Positions 9,657 to 19,779 of a stretch of 64,000 bases of DNA are shown one piece after another. The position numbers and the translations under genes are program-made. Under the pieces are notes generated by a model. The model did no database searches. It worked only from the letters and a program-made list of their open reading frames with translations, and was not told where the DNA came from. Position 1 is the first letter of the stretch. Each line of letters opens with the position of its first letter. The stretch is from a bacterium (GTDB lineage Bacteria; JAAXHH01): positions 875,597 to 939,596 of the forward strand of contig CBDAUD010000001.1 in assembly GCA_965200485.1 (NCBI GenBank). Direction: 5' to 3'.

Positions 9657-12278
9657 ATGGTTTTAGTGATTGACACCCCAGTAGTTTACGGGGATATTCA
9701 TATCTTGGATGAGTCCGTTCCATACGAGGATTTCATAGTGAAGGCCGCAATCCGAGCAACCATAGAACACTTTCTGAACAGATACATCGCCTTCATCTGT
9801 CGCCATCCCGCGAAGATCGTCCTGGGTGCGTTGCTCTCGGCCCTGGTCTCTGTTCATTTCACCGCCGGTCTCCAGCTAAAGACGGACTTTGTCGAGCTCC
9901 TGCCCGAGGGCTACCGCAGTGTCGACGACATCCACCGGATCACGGAGCGCGTCGGTGGCATCGGCAACCTGACCGTCGTCATCGAAACGGAAAACCTGGG
10001 CGCCGCCCAGCGATTCGCCGACGACCTTGCCGGCCGGATCCGTTCCGATCTCCCGGAAGGATACGTCCGTTATGTCGAGTACCGGGTGGACGACGAGAAG
10101 CGATTCTATGAAGACCATAAGTACCTCTACGCAGATCTGGAGGACCTGGAAGATATTCAAAGCCGGCTGAGCCGGCAGATCCTGAAGAAGAAACTGGAGC
10201 AGAACCCCCTCTTCGTTTCCGAGGAAGACCTCGGTCTTGAAGTGGAAGACGAACCGTTTACCATAAGCGATCTGGAGGAGAAGTACGAGAACAAGGCGGC
10301 GGAGCAGCTTGACAAGTGGGTAGACGGTTACTTTACGGGACGCGACGACCAGGGGCAGTTTCTCGTCATGATCCTGAAACCCTATGGTTCGTCGACCGGC
10401 GTATCCTTTTCGCGGGATCTGTGCGAACGGGTCATGGCACTCGTGGAATCCCTGGACCCCACTTCCTACCACCCGTCACTTAAGGTGGGTCTCACCGGGA
10501 AATACCGCCTGATCCTCGACCAGTACGCGTCCGTCCAGCGGGAGATCCTTTCTTCCGCGGCCTTTACACTCATCCTGGTCGCCCTGGTCATATTCCTCTA
10601 TTTCCGGACGATCGTCCCGGTCATCAACATTACACTGGTCGTGGTCGTCGGCATACTCTGGACGTTCTGCATCACCTTTTTCCAGATCGGCTATCTGAAC
10701 ATGCAGACGGCCTTTCTGGGCGCCATCATCGTGGGGAACGGCATCAACTACGGCCTGATTCTGATGGCGCGTTACAAGGAAGAGCGCCTGCGTGGTGAAA
10801 ATGCCTTGGACGGCGTGCGAATCGCCTTTCGGAACACCCTTGCGGCGACCATCACCTCCGCGTTGTCGACCGGGCTTGCCTATGGCACCCTCATGATCAC
10901 CGATTTTCGGGGTTTTAGCCATTTTGGTTTCATCGGCGGCCTGGGCATGCTGCTGTGTTGGGTTTCGACATTTTCCATCCTTCCGGCGTTGCTGATGCTA
11001 TGGGACCGTACCGGATTCGGCCGGAAAACCTGGACTCGGAAGGCCTCGCGGGGCAGGGCGCTCACCCGTCTCGCCGACCTGGTGCAGAACGCACCGCGCG
11101 CCGTGGTCGGCACCAGTGTCTCCCTTGTCCTGCTGGGTGCCTTACTGCTGGCGTGGTGGCTTCCGAATTCCTTCGAGTACGATTTCTCGAAACTGCGAAA
11201 CGAGCCGCGGGGAGACACCTACGAACGCATCCTCAACCACCGCGTCAACGCCTTGTTCGGCGTGTCGCAGTCGCCCGCCGTCATTCTGGCGGACCGCCTG
11301 GATCAGGTGCCTGACATCCGTCGTTCCGTCCTGGACAAGAAAGAAGCGGAAAAGAGCGTCCCGAACCCGACTATCGACCGGGTGCGGACCATTTTCGACC
11401 TGCTGCCGGAGGACCAGGAGGACAAACTCGACATGCTCTGGGACATCGAGTACATGCTCGATGCGAATCCGCCCGACGAACTCGGCATCTCACCGGACCA
11501 ACTCGCCAGGATCAACGAATTCCGGGACAACCTGAGCCAGGAGGAAATCACTCTGGATGATCTCCCCCAGGCGCTTAAACGTCCCTTCGAGGAGCGGGAC
11601 GGAACGGCTGGCCGGCTGGTCTACGTCTATCCGAGGCCGGACGCCGGACTCTGGAACGGCAGGAACCTGATCCGGTTCGCGGAAGTCGTCCGCTCCAATC
11701 GTCTGCCAAACGACGAAGTCATCTATTCCTCCGGGGAGGCCGTGGTATTCGCCGACATGCTGAAAGCCGTGGACCGTGACGGCCCAATCGCCACGGTGGC
11801 CTGTTTCCTGGGCGTGATCACGCTCCTCGTACTGGCTTTCCGAAGCATGCACGCATCGATCGTCATCCTGGCCTCTCTGCTGGGCGGCATGCTGGTCATG
11901 GGCGGGGTCATCGCCGTCTTCGACATCAAGGTGAACTTCTTCAACTTTATCGTAATACCTACGACGCTTGGGATCGGTGTGGACTACAGTGTGAATCTGT
12001 ACCAACGCTACCGCCTTGACGGCCGTGGTTCTATCCATAATATGGTACAGCACACAGGCGCGGCCCTGGTCATGTGTTCCTCCACCACACTGATCGGGTA
12101 TACCTCGCTGATGCTGACGTCCAACCGGGGCCTGCATTCCTTCGGGATCATGGCCAACGTGGGCGAGATCGCCACGCTGGCGACAGCCCTGGTCGCGCTG
12201 CCCGCCTATCTGCTCATTATGGAAAAGCGGATGGGGAACAAGGCGCCGGTATCGCCTGAACCGGTCCGCGCCGCGTGA
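9657..12278 (+). CDS. MMPL/RND-superfamily membrane transporter (two 6-TM bundles with large extracytoplasmic domains)
   Basis: 873-aa ORF with two hydrophobic blocks (ILSSAAFTLILVALVIFLYF...GNGINYGLILMARYKEE and VACFLGVITLLVLAFRS...TLGIGVDYSVNLYQRY) typical of the MMPL/SSD architecture. The first 27 codons look non-native. An in-frame GTG at 9738 (VKAAIRATIEHFLNRY...) is a plausible alternative start. Confidence 0.8.
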   Translation: MVLVIDTPVVYGDIHILDESVPYEDFIVKAAIRATIEHFLNRYIAFICRHPAKIVLGALLSALVSVHFTAGLQLKTDFVELLPEGYRSVDDIHRITERVGGIGNLTVVIETENLGAAQRFADDLAGRIRSDLPEGYVRYVEYRVDDEKRFYEDHKYLYADLEDLEDIQSRLSRQILKKKLEQNPLFVSEEDLGLEVEDEPFTISDLEEKYENKAAEQLDKWVDGYFTGRDDQGQFLVMILKPYGSSTGVSFSRDLCERVMALVESLDPTSYHPSLKVGLTGKYRLILDQYASVQREILSSAAFTLILVALVIFLYFRTIVPVINITLVVVVGILWTFCITFFQIGYLNMQTAFLGAIIVGNGINYGLILMARYKEERLRGENALDGVRIAFRNTLAATITSALSTGLAYGTLMITDFRGFSHFGFIGGLGMLLCWVSTFSILPALLMLWDRTGFGRKTWTRKASRGRALTRLADLVQNAPRAVVGTSVSLVLLGALLLAWWLPNSFEYDFSKLRNEPRGDTYERILNHRVNALFGVSQSPAVILADRLDQVPDIRRSVLDKKEAEKSVPNPTIDRVRTIFDLLPEDQEDKLDMLWDIEYMLDANPPDELGISPDQLARINEFRDNLSQEEITLDDLPQALKRPFEERDGTAGRLVYVYPRPDAGLWNGRNLIRFAEVVRSNRLPNDEVIYSSGEAVVFADMLKAVDRDGPIATVACFLGVITLLVLAFRSMHASIVILASLLGGMLVMGGVIAVFDIKVNFFNFIVIPTTLGIGVDYSVNLYQRYRLDGRGSIHNMVQHTGAALVMCSSTTLIGYTSLMLTSNRGLHSFGIMANVGEIATLATALVALPAYLLIMEKRMGNKAPVSPEPVRAA

Positions 12279-12332
12279 CAGCGCCTTCACGACAGTATCG
12301 TCCAGGTAACGGCGTCGAACAAGGCCGGTTAC

Positions 12333-13967
12333 ATGAATCCTCACGCAATGGATTACCGCCAGGTGCTACCGGAGCACCTGCTGCATACCTATCTTGAAGA
12401 TTTCGAGTCGTTGCGGCCGTTCTACGGCCACGGCCCGCGCGACCCGGAGGTCTGGCCGCGCATGATCGAGGCCGTAAGGTCCCGGTCCACACAACCGCCG
12501 CGAAAGGCGCTTGCCCGGATACTCGAGGAACAGAACACTCGGTACGGCGCGGACGAGACCGTCCTCGACAACGCCCGGTCCTTCGCCGGAGAAGATACGT
12601 ACGCGGTTTGCACCGGACAGCAGACCGGACTGTTCACCGGACCGATCTATACCATCTACAAGGCCGTCACGGCTGTGAAGCTGGCAAGGCGGATATCGAG
12701 TGAGACCGGCGCGCGGGTCGTGCCTGTATTCTGGATGGCCGCCGACGACCACGACTACGCCGAGATCAACCACATCCACGTCTGCCGGGCGGACGGAGAC
12801 CCGATACGGTTCGAACTGAGCCCCGCCGACCCCAATGATCGCCGTTCCGCAAGCGCCCGCAAGCTCGGTTCCGGGATCGGACCTCTGCTCGAGCGGCTCG
12901 GCGAGGTTCTGCCCGACTCGGAACACTGTCCGTCCGCAGTCGACGCGCTTCAGCGGAACTGTACGGCGGAGAGCACGCTTTCCGAGGCCTTCGCCCGGCT
13001 CATGACGTTGCTCTTCCGGGGACAGGGCCTGGTGCTTATCGACCCCACCGACTTGGCGCTGAAGCCCCATATGCGTCCTGTCTTCGAACAGGAAATCCGG
13101 CATCCGCTCGCATCCACGCGCTCGGTCCTGACGACTTCGGACAAACTGGCCGATGCGGGATTCGATCCGCAGGTGTCCCGGTCCGCAGACGCGGTGAATC
13201 TGTTTCTTTACCAGGAAGGGCAGCGCAACGCCCTGCGATACGAGAACGGGCGGTTCAGCAACCGGGACCGCAGTCTGTCCTTTACTGCCCAAAGTCTGCT
13301 ACGGCTGCTGGAAGAAAAGCCGGAGAGATTTACCCACAACGTCGTTACCCGGCCACTGGTTCAGGACACGCTGTTTCCTGCGCTGACCTATATCGGCGGT
13401 CCCGCTGAAATCGCCTACTACGGACAGCTTGGCGATGTCTACCGTCAATTCGGTCTGCCCTTCCCCGTGGTTTATCCGCGGGCTTCCCATACGCTGGTGG
13501 GCGCAAGAACCGCCCAGATCATGGAGAAACACGGCCTCACGATCACCCATAGCGTCCAGGGTATCGAATCCGCGTTGGCCCTGAAACTGCGGGAAGAGAT
13601 GCCGGCGCCCATCGTCGAGGGACTACGCGCCGCCCGGGGAGATGTGGAAGCCCACTATAGAAACCTGAAAGGACAGGTTACATCCATCGATCCCGGGTTG
13701 AGCCGGATCGTCGAGGCCTCGGAGAGAAAGACCAACTTCGCCCTGGGCAGGCTGGAGGAAAAGACCCTGCGCGCCTTGAAGAAGGCGGATGGAACCATAC
13801 GCAACCAGATCATGCGGGCCGACCGTCTGGTGTATCCCAACGGGCAGCTCCAGGAACGGGTGGCCAACATCTGGCAGTACGTGGCCCTCCACGGTATCGA
13901 CATCATGAAGACGCTCTTCATGGCTACTGACGAAAACGACTTCAGGCACCGGATCACGCGCTTATGA
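12333..13967 (+). CDS. bshC: Bacillithiol biosynthesis cysteine-adding enzyme BshC
   Basis: 544 aa. Conserved BshC signatures are CTGQQTGLFTGPIYTIYKAVTAVKLA, VFWMAADDHDYAEINHIHV and RFTHNVVTRPLVQDTLFPALTYIGGPAEIAYYGQL. They match B. subtilis BshC (GGQQAGLLTGPLYTIHK..., RFSNNVVTRPLMQEF...IAGPGEINYWGEL). Confidence 0.92.
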   Translation: MNPHAMDYRQVLPEHLLHTYLEDFESLRPFYGHGPRDPEVWPRMIEAVRSRSTQPPRKALARILEEQNTRYGADETVLDNARSFAGEDTYAVCTGQQTGLFTGPIYTIYKAVTAVKLARRISSETGARVVPVFWMAADDHDYAEINHIHVCRADGDPIRFELSPADPNDRRSASARKLGSGIGPLLERLGEVLPDSEHCPSAVDALQRNCTAESTLSEAFARLMTLLFRGQGLVLIDPTDLALKPHMRPVFEQEIRHPLASTRSVLTTSDKLADAGFDPQVSRSADAVNLFLYQEGQRNALRYENGRFSNRDRSLSFTAQSLLRLLEEKPERFTHNVVTRPLVQDTLFPALTYIGGPAEIAYYGQLGDVYRQFGLPFPVVYPRASHTLVGARTAQIMEKHGLTITHSVQGIESALALKLREEMPAPIVEGLRAARGDVEAHYRNLKGQVTSIDPGLSRIVEASERKTNFALGRLEEKTLRALKKADGTIRNQIMRADRLVYPNGQLQERVANIWQYVALHGIDIMKTLFMATDENDFRHRITRL

Positions 13968-14692
13968 AACTGGACATTCTGGCCGTATCCCCCCATCCGG
14001 ACGATGTGGAATTGCACTGCGGCGGTCTGATGATCCGTTTCGCCGACCTGGGGTACGCCACGGGAATCGTCGATATGAGCCTGGGCGAGAAAGGCACCCG
14101 AGGCACGGTCGCCGAACGGAAACGGGAAGCGGCGGCAGCGGCGGAGGTCTTGGGTTTGTCCGAGCGATTGAATCTCGAATTGCCGGACGCCCGAATCGGC
14201 GCCTGCGGGACGCATCGCACCGCCCTCATCGACGCCATACGCCGGTTCCGGCCCGAGATGCTGCTCGTCCCCCACGATGCTGCTCGGCATCCCGACCACA
14301 GCGCGACCGCTCAGTTGGCCAGAGAAGCGGCCTTCGTCGCGGGCCTGGAGAAAGTCGCATCGGATCACCCGGCCTTCCGGCCCCGGCAACAGATTTTCTA
14401 CCTGACCCACCACGCCTTCCGAGACCCGCGTCCGTCTTTCATCGTGGACATCACCTCGACGTTCCACCGCAAGATCGAGGCGGTCAAGGCCCACCGGTCC
14501 CAGTTCCACGATCCCGATTCCACCGAGCCGGACACCTTCATCAGCCGTCCCGAATTCCTGGAAGAGGTGGAGGCGCAGAGCCGCTACTACGGCGGCCTGA
14601 TCGGCGCACGGTACGGAGAGCCCTTCGTTGTCCGCGAGTACCTTTCGATTGATGATCCCCTGGCGCACTTCGCAAAAAGCGGGATGGCATGA
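13964..14692 (+). CDS. bshB: N-acetyl-alpha-D-glucosaminyl L-malate deacetylase BshB (PIG-L/LmbE family)
   Basis: 242 aa. The N-terminal LAVSPHPDDVELHCGG is the PIG-L family metal-binding motif (AHxDDxE). The conserved HPDH is further on. ATGA start/stop overlap with bshC. Confidence 0.88.
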   Translation: MKLDILAVSPHPDDVELHCGGLMIRFADLGYATGIVDMSLGEKGTRGTVAERKREAAAAAEVLGLSERLNLELPDARIGACGTHRTALIDAIRRFRPEMLLVPHDAARHPDHSATAQLAREAAFVAGLEKVASDHPAFRPRQQIFYLTHHAFRDPRPSFIVDITSTFHRKIEAVKAHRSQFHDPDSTEPDTFISRPEFLEEVEAQSRYYGGLIGARYGEPFVVREYLSIDDPLAHFAKSGMA

Positions 14693-14779
14693 CCGCATGA
14701 ACCGGACAGAATCGCTCCTCGCCCGGTCCGGAATACCTGTTTTGAAGAGACGGACAACCCGCAACCCGAGGTCATCGAG

Positions 14780-15901
14780 ATGAACATCGGCATTACGTGT
14801 TATCCAACGTACGGAGGAAGCGGCGCCATCGCCGCCGAACTGGGACAGGCGCTGGCCCGGAAGGGGCACATGGTCCATTTCGTAAGCTATTCGATTCCCT
14901 TCCGCCTGCAGGAATACAACCAGAACATCTCCTTCCACAACGTGGAGGTGATGCCCTATCCATTGTTCAAGTACCCGCCGTATACTCTCGCGCTCGCGGC
15001 GAAAATGGCGGACGTGGCCTCGGAGGCGGAACTCGACATCCTGCACGTGCACTACGCCGTTCCCCATGCCACCTGCGCTTTCCTGGCGCGACACATGCTG
15101 CGCGACCGGGATATCAAGGTCATCACGACCCTGCACGGCACCGACATTACCCTCGTGGGCAGCGACAAGTCCTTCTACCGGATCACCCGGTTCAGTATTG
15201 AGGAAAGTCAGGGCGTCACGGCAGTCTCCGAATCCCTTAAACGCGATACGAAATCGCTCTTCGATGTCGACCGGGAAATTCGGGTGATTCCCAATTTTGT
15301 CGACGTCAATCGGTTTCGTCGGCGTGAGGGCCACTGCGACATCAGCAACTTCGTCGATGAGGACGAACGGGTCATCGTCCACGTCTCCAATTTCCGGCCG
15401 GTCAAGCGTATTGGCGACATCATCCGCATGTACGCGGAGGTGCGTCGCAGCGTCAAATGCAAGCTGCTGCTGGTGGGGGAAGGACCGGAGCGCATCCCCA
15501 TGCAGGAACTGGTCCGGGAACTGGGCCTTCAGGATGGCGTGGTGTTTATGGGAGAGCAGGAGGGAGTGGACCGGATACTTTCCTGTGCCGATCTGTATCT
15601 GCTTCCGAGCGAACAGGAAAGTTTTGGCCTGTCCGCCCTGGAGGCGATGAGCTGCGGTGTTCCGGTGATCGGCGCCAACGCCGGAGGCCTGCCGGAACTG
15701 GTGCGTCACGAGGAGACGGGCTTCATCACGGAAGTGGGCGATATCCGGCAGATGGCCCGGTACGCCACGGAACTGCTGTCCGACGACGCGCTCCGCGGAA
15801 TCATAGGAAGAAAGGCGCGGCAGCGGGTGGAGGGCAATTTCGCGGAAGAAGCCGTTGTCCCGCAGTACGAATCCTATTACGAAGAAGTCCTGCGTAGATA
15901 G
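14780..15901 (+). CDS. bshA: N-acetyl-alpha-D-glucosaminyl L-malate synthase BshA (GT4 glycosyltransferase)
   Basis: 373 aa. [30 protein letters not shown]...[10 protein letters not shown]...TTLHGTDIT...[14 protein letters not shown] is nearly collinear with B. subtilis BshA ([22 protein letters not shown]...). Confidence 0.92.
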   Translation: MNIGITCYPTYGGSGAIAAELGQALARKGHMVHFVSYSIPFRLQEYNQNISFHNVEVMPYPLFKYPPYTLALAAKMADVASEAELDILHVHYAVPHATCAFLARHMLRDRDIKVITTLHGTDITLVGSDKSFYRITRFSIEESQGVTAVSESLKRDTKSLFDVDREIRVIPNFVDVNRFRRREGHCDISNFVDEDERVIVHVSNFRPVKRIGDIIRMYAEVRRSVKCKLLLVGEGPERIPMQELVRELGLQDGVVFMGEQEGVDRILSCADLYLLPSEQESFGLSALEAMSCGVPVIGANAGGLPELVRHEETGFITEVGDIRQMARYATELLSDDALRGIIGRKARQRVEGNFAEEAVVPQYESYYEEVLRR

Positions 15902-15986
15902 CGGCATACCGCACAACCGGTGGCCCCGGTCGCGACCGCTCCGGATGCCCGGTTACGCGTCAGGCCGCCGAGTATTGCCGTTGCGG

Positions 15987-16433
15987 TCAATCCTCTTCCG
16001 CCTTCGCTGCGAGCGATGCGTAGCTGACACCTTCTCCGCTATCGCAACACACCGGCAGACCGACCTCTTCCCAACCCGGATTGACGACTTGGCCGAAGGC
16101 GGTCGTCTCGCCGCTGAATCCGCAGCGCATGTTGACTGCCGTGCGGTATCCCATCGACTGCAGCAGCCGGGCGGCATGGTCGGACCGTTGTCCGCTCCGG
16201 CACCCCAAAATCAACTTCGCATCCTCCGGATAGTTCGCCTTTACCACCCGGGCGAAATCGGGATTGGGCGTCATCTGCCCGGTCGCCTCGTTCGCGTGCA
16301 ACAGCGGGATGTTCACGGCTGGCGCCGGGTGGCCCTGATCGAATTCGGGGACCGACCGGACGTCGATGTAGGTGTAACCCTCGGATTCGACCAGTCTGGC
16401 CGCCTCTTCGGGCATGATCTGCTTCACGCTCAT
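15987..16433 (-). CDS. Rhodanese-domain sulfurtransferase (single domain, active-site Cys)
   Basis: 148 aa. YIDVRSVPEF...ILGCRSGQRS is the rhodanese CRxGxR active-site loop. It lies 83 nt downstream of the paralog-C membrane gene on the same strand. Confidence 0.85.
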   Translation of the reverse strand: MSVKQIMPEEAARLVESEGYTYIDVRSVPEFDQGHPAPAVNIPLLHANEATGQMTPNPDFARVVKANYPEDAKLILGCRSGQRSDHAARLLQSMGYRTAVNMRCGFSGETTAFGQVVNPGWEEVGLPVCCDSGEGVSYASLAAKAEED

Positions 16434-16516
16434 GGAGAGATTCCTTTCTTATCGTTTTGCTTTATACGCACGGCCTCGTGTTGACTGGGCGCCTCGTGTC
16501 AACTCAATCCGGCAGG

Positions 16517-18538
16517 TTACCACGTCTCTACGATATGGCCCGAGTTGGGAAACCAGATTACATCGACGCCGTAGGAAAGCGCCACGCCCAGCACATAACC
16601 CACCAGCATCCCGATGAAGAACGGTTGTGCCTGGCGATAGAGTCTCGTGCCGCCAAGTTTCAGGATCACCGCCTTGATCAGCCAGACGATGAAGAGCGAC
16701 GTGGCGATCATCCCGATACCCCAGGTTTTCGCGACTGCCCAGCCGATGGGATGCAGCGGCCACCAGTGGAAGTTGTGGTGCGCCAGGATGAGCAGCCAGG
16801 CGACGAACGCCCCGATCCCGAGGCCGGCGTACTCGCCGCCGGTCAACTGGGTCTGATTGTTGATCCACGTCGTCAGCGTTTCGTATCCCGCTTTCGCGTT
16901 GCCGAAGGCGTCGGCGAATCCGTCCGCACCGGTGGTCGTGTAACCCAGGAAGATGGTGTACACCACCGAAATGGCACCGGCGACGAGAAGCGCCGATACG
17001 ATGACGGGAAAGATGCCGCGTCGGGCGCCGCCGACCTCGTCGCCCACCTTGTTTACGTGGGCAATGGCGCACATGCCCAGCGTGCGCCAGTTCCGCGAAA
17101 AGGTCTGCGAAAGGGTCAACATGGTGAGGTCCGCCCGGTGCAGGTTTGCCGAACCAAAGGAAAAAACGGTGAAATCATGGGCATTGTAGGGCAGGTCCAG
17201 ATTGATCAGCCCCGCTTCCGCCACCACGCGGGTAACGCCCAGAAAGAGCAGCAGGCTGGTGGCCAGGAGTGTTGCCGCGGCGGCGACGGACATGCCCATG
17301 CCGATCAGAAAGAAAAACATGTATGCGATGCCTATCACAACCCCCCCCATGGCGGTCCTGTACGAGAAGAACTCCCCGGAATCGTCAATGTCCCGCCCCC
17401 GGCCGACAGCCTTTCTTACGACGTCGCAGAGGTGGCGGCGCGCCATCCACAGTCCGAAGAGGGTGTACATGAAAAAGCCGCCCAGGTGCTGGGCCGTTAC
17501 GATTTCGGTCGTCTTTGGAATGCCGAATCGGCTCATGATACCGATCTGGATCGTGGCCAGCAGGAAGAACACCCAGATACTGAACAGGATGTTCAGCTCG
17601 GTAAAGAACCCGACACCGATAAAAGCGAAATTGATCTTGAACTGAATCGGCGGAAAGGATTCGGCCAGGGTGATCGGTATGCGGTAGTCCCCGCCCAGTT
17701 TGATGGGGGGCACGACGTCCCAGTACGAGACGATGTTCCAGACGATGATAAAGAGCGGGATGGAAAATCCGTACCAGAATACCGCGGACCGGGCGACCCG
17801 GGGCAACGCGGAACCGCTTTCGTCTTCTTCGATGAGCAGCAGCGGCACGCGCGCCAGCGGAAAGGTCAGTCGCTCCCGTTCGATCCACTGCTTGCGCAGG
17901 ATCACCATGAGCGATGCGCTGGCGAAGAACAGGGCTACAAAGAACGATCCCCACCAGCCCATGGGAATGATCCAGTCTCGCCAGGGTATGGTGCCGCCCG
18001 ACGGCAGCCCCTCGTAGAACCAGTGTACCGCGTTCCGTTCGTCCGGGACGATCAGCCAGGCAGGCAGGTATTCGAAGAACAGTTCCACGTACCGGTTCTC
18101 GGAGTTGGCGTAGTAGTGGGGAATGGAGGGTATGGCAACCCAGTAGGTGGTAAAGGCCCATCCTGGAATGGCCGATGCCGTGAACACGATGAAGAAGATG
18201 ATGATCAGTTCCTGCGGGGTGAAGGCCCGCGCGGGCGCGAATCGCTTCAGCAGACCGTTCACGACGAAAACGACCAGCATGAAGGGGAAGAGCGCCGCCA
18301 TGGGCAGATGAGTAATGGAAAGGTAGGAGGAATGGGCTTCGAAGGCGGAATGAACGACCCACCAGGCCATCGACGCAGACAGGACGAGTCCGAGACCCAC
18401 CGCCCGAAGGGTCATGCCCGAAGCGAGGCCCCGGGCTCCGGCGGAAGCGCGTGTTTCGGTAGAATGGGAATCCGGCTCCCCGGATGGCGGGGAAGACCGC
18501 GGTCGGACACGCATGGATTTAGCGTTTGAGGGGGACAA
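16517..18538 (-). CDS. Large polytopic membrane protein, uncharacterised family (paralog C)
   Basis: 673-aa ORF. It is multi-TM and shares the conserved motifs of 7524-9518 (see that entry). The first about 40 residues are Ser/Pro/Arg-rich, so the real start may be the internal Met at about 18415 (MTLRAVGLGLVL...). Confidence 0.8.
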   Translation of the reverse strand: MSPSNAKSMRVRPRSSPPSGEPDSHSTETRASAGARGLASGMTLRAVGLGLVLSASMAWWVVHSAFEAHSSYLSITHLPMAALFPFMLVVFVVNGLLKRFAPARAFTPQELIIIFFIVFTASAIPGWAFTTYWVAIPSIPHYYANSENRYVELFFEYLPAWLIVPDERNAVHWFYEGLPSGGTIPWRDWIIPMGWWGSFFVALFFASASLMVILRKQWIERERLTFPLARVPLLLIEEDESGSALPRVARSAVFWYGFSIPLFIIVWNIVSYWDVVPPIKLGGDYRIPITLAESFPPIQFKINFAFIGVGFFTELNILFSIWVFFLLATIQIGIMSRFGIPKTTEIVTAQHLGGFFMYTLFGLWMARRHLCDVVRKAVGRGRDIDDSGEFFSYRTAMGGVVIGIAYMFFFLIGMGMSVAAAATLLATSLLLFLGVTRVVAEAGLINLDLPYNAHDFTVFSFGSANLHRADLTMLTLSQTFSRNWRTLGMCAIAHVNKVGDEVGGARRGIFPVIVSALLVAGAISVVYTIFLGYTTTGADGFADAFGNAKAGYETLTTWINNQTQLTGGEYAGLGIGAFVAWLLILAHHNFHWWPLHPIGWAVAKTWGIGMIATSLFIVWLIKAVILKLGGTRLYRQAQPFFIGMLVGYVLGVALSYGVDVIWFPNSGHIVETW

Positions 18539-18726
18539 AAGACACTGGCCTCACGGGCCGTTCCCGGACGTTCCGGGATGCGCACAATGTATTTTCCGGA
18601 CGGGGTCCCATCAAGGACTAAAACGATGGCCGGCTGGCGGCTGTTTCCCTTGACATCGGCCGCTTCCGCCCATAGAATGGTCGATATTTCCTGCCCTTGC
18701 TCTCCCCCGTTCAGAGGACCTTCTTC

Positions 18727-19701
18727 ATGCAGTATCTGCTCACCGGTGGATATGGTTGTATCGGTTCGTGGATTGTGAAAAACCTGATCGAAGAGGGACA
18801 CGATGTAGCGATCTACGATCTGGTGGAACATACTGGTCGCATGGCGCTGATCATGGACGAGGAACAGATCGCCCGGGTCCGGTTCATTGAGGGAGACATC
18901 ACGGACGGACCCCATTTTGCGCGGGTGGTCGGAGAAACAGGCGCGTCTCGCATTATTCACCTGGCCGGACTGCAGGTACCCGTGTGCAGGGCCGATCCCG
19001 TCAAGGGGGCCGCGGTGAACGTAATCGGCACCCTGAACGTTTTCGAAGCCGCAAGAATCCATGGCGATATCGTGCGGCGCATCGTCTATGCGAGTTCCGC
19101 AGCCGTCTACGGCATGGAAGAGGACTACGATTCGGGCCCGGTCGACAACGACGCTGTACTGCGACCCGTTACCCATTACGGTGTGTTCAAGCAATGCAAC
19201 GAGGCGAACGCGCGGGTGTATTTCCTTGATCACGGCATTTCCAGCATAGGCCTGCGTCCATGGACCGTGTACGGGCCGGGGCGCGACTTCGGATTGACCT
19301 CCGATCCCACGAAAGCGGTCAAGGCCGCCCTGCTGGGCCGCCCTTACGTGATCGGGTACGGCGGGCGAAATGACATGCAGTACGTGAACGACACGGCCTG
19401 TACGTTCATTCGATGCGCCGAGGCGGAAACTGCGCGTGCCGGAAGGGCTTACAGCATCCGGGGCGCCGTCGTGAACATCGACGAGGTGATCGCGTCCATC
19501 GAGCGCGTCGTCCCCGACGCAGAGGGACTCGTTTCCCACCTGGATGTGAACCTTCCCATCGCGCCGGATCTTGATGACCGCGCCCTCCGGGAAGACGTGG
19601 GCGACATGCCCTGCACGCCGCTGGACGACGGGATAAGGGAGACCTGGAACGTGTTCCGGCGTCATCAGGAGGCCGGTACGCTGAGCACGGACGATCTGTA
19701 G
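18727..19701 (+). CDS. NAD-dependent epimerase/dehydratase (extended SDR family)
   Basis: The N-terminal Rossmann motif is MQYLLTGGYGCIGSWIV. YASSAAVYG and catalytic YxxxK (HYGVFKQCNE) are present. The ORF track starts at 18697, but the Rossmann motif favours the ATG at 18727. Confidence 0.85.
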   Translation: MQYLLTGGYGCIGSWIVKNLIEEGHDVAIYDLVEHTGRMALIMDEEQIARVRFIEGDITDGPHFARVVGETGASRIIHLAGLQVPVCRADPVKGAAVNVIGTLNVFEAARIHGDIVRRIVYASSAAVYGMEEDYDSGPVDNDAVLRPVTHYGVFKQCNEANARVYFLDHGISSIGLRPWTVYGPGRDFGLTSDPTKAVKAALLGRPYVIGYGGRNDMQYVNDTACTFIRCAEAETARAGRAYSIRGAVVNIDEVIASIERVVPDAEGLVSHLDVNLPIAPDLDDRALREDVGDMPCTPLDDGIRETWNVFRRHQEAGTLSTDDL

Positions 19702-19779
19702 GGTCTGCCTCCGCGTGCGGAGCCCCGGGGCGGCGCTGGCGGTGAATCGAAAGCCTTTAAGCGAATACATGACGCTAAT

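Noticed and set aside
13655-15916. 753-aa minus-strand ORF
   Set aside because: Overlaps bshC, bshB and bshA, which have motif-level matches to characterised enzymes. R/G/H-rich shadow composition.
16457-18529. 690-aa plus-strand ORF (also 8451-9512, 353 aa)
   Set aside because: Antisense shadows of paralog C and paralog B membrane genes. Highly charged, non-protein-like composition.
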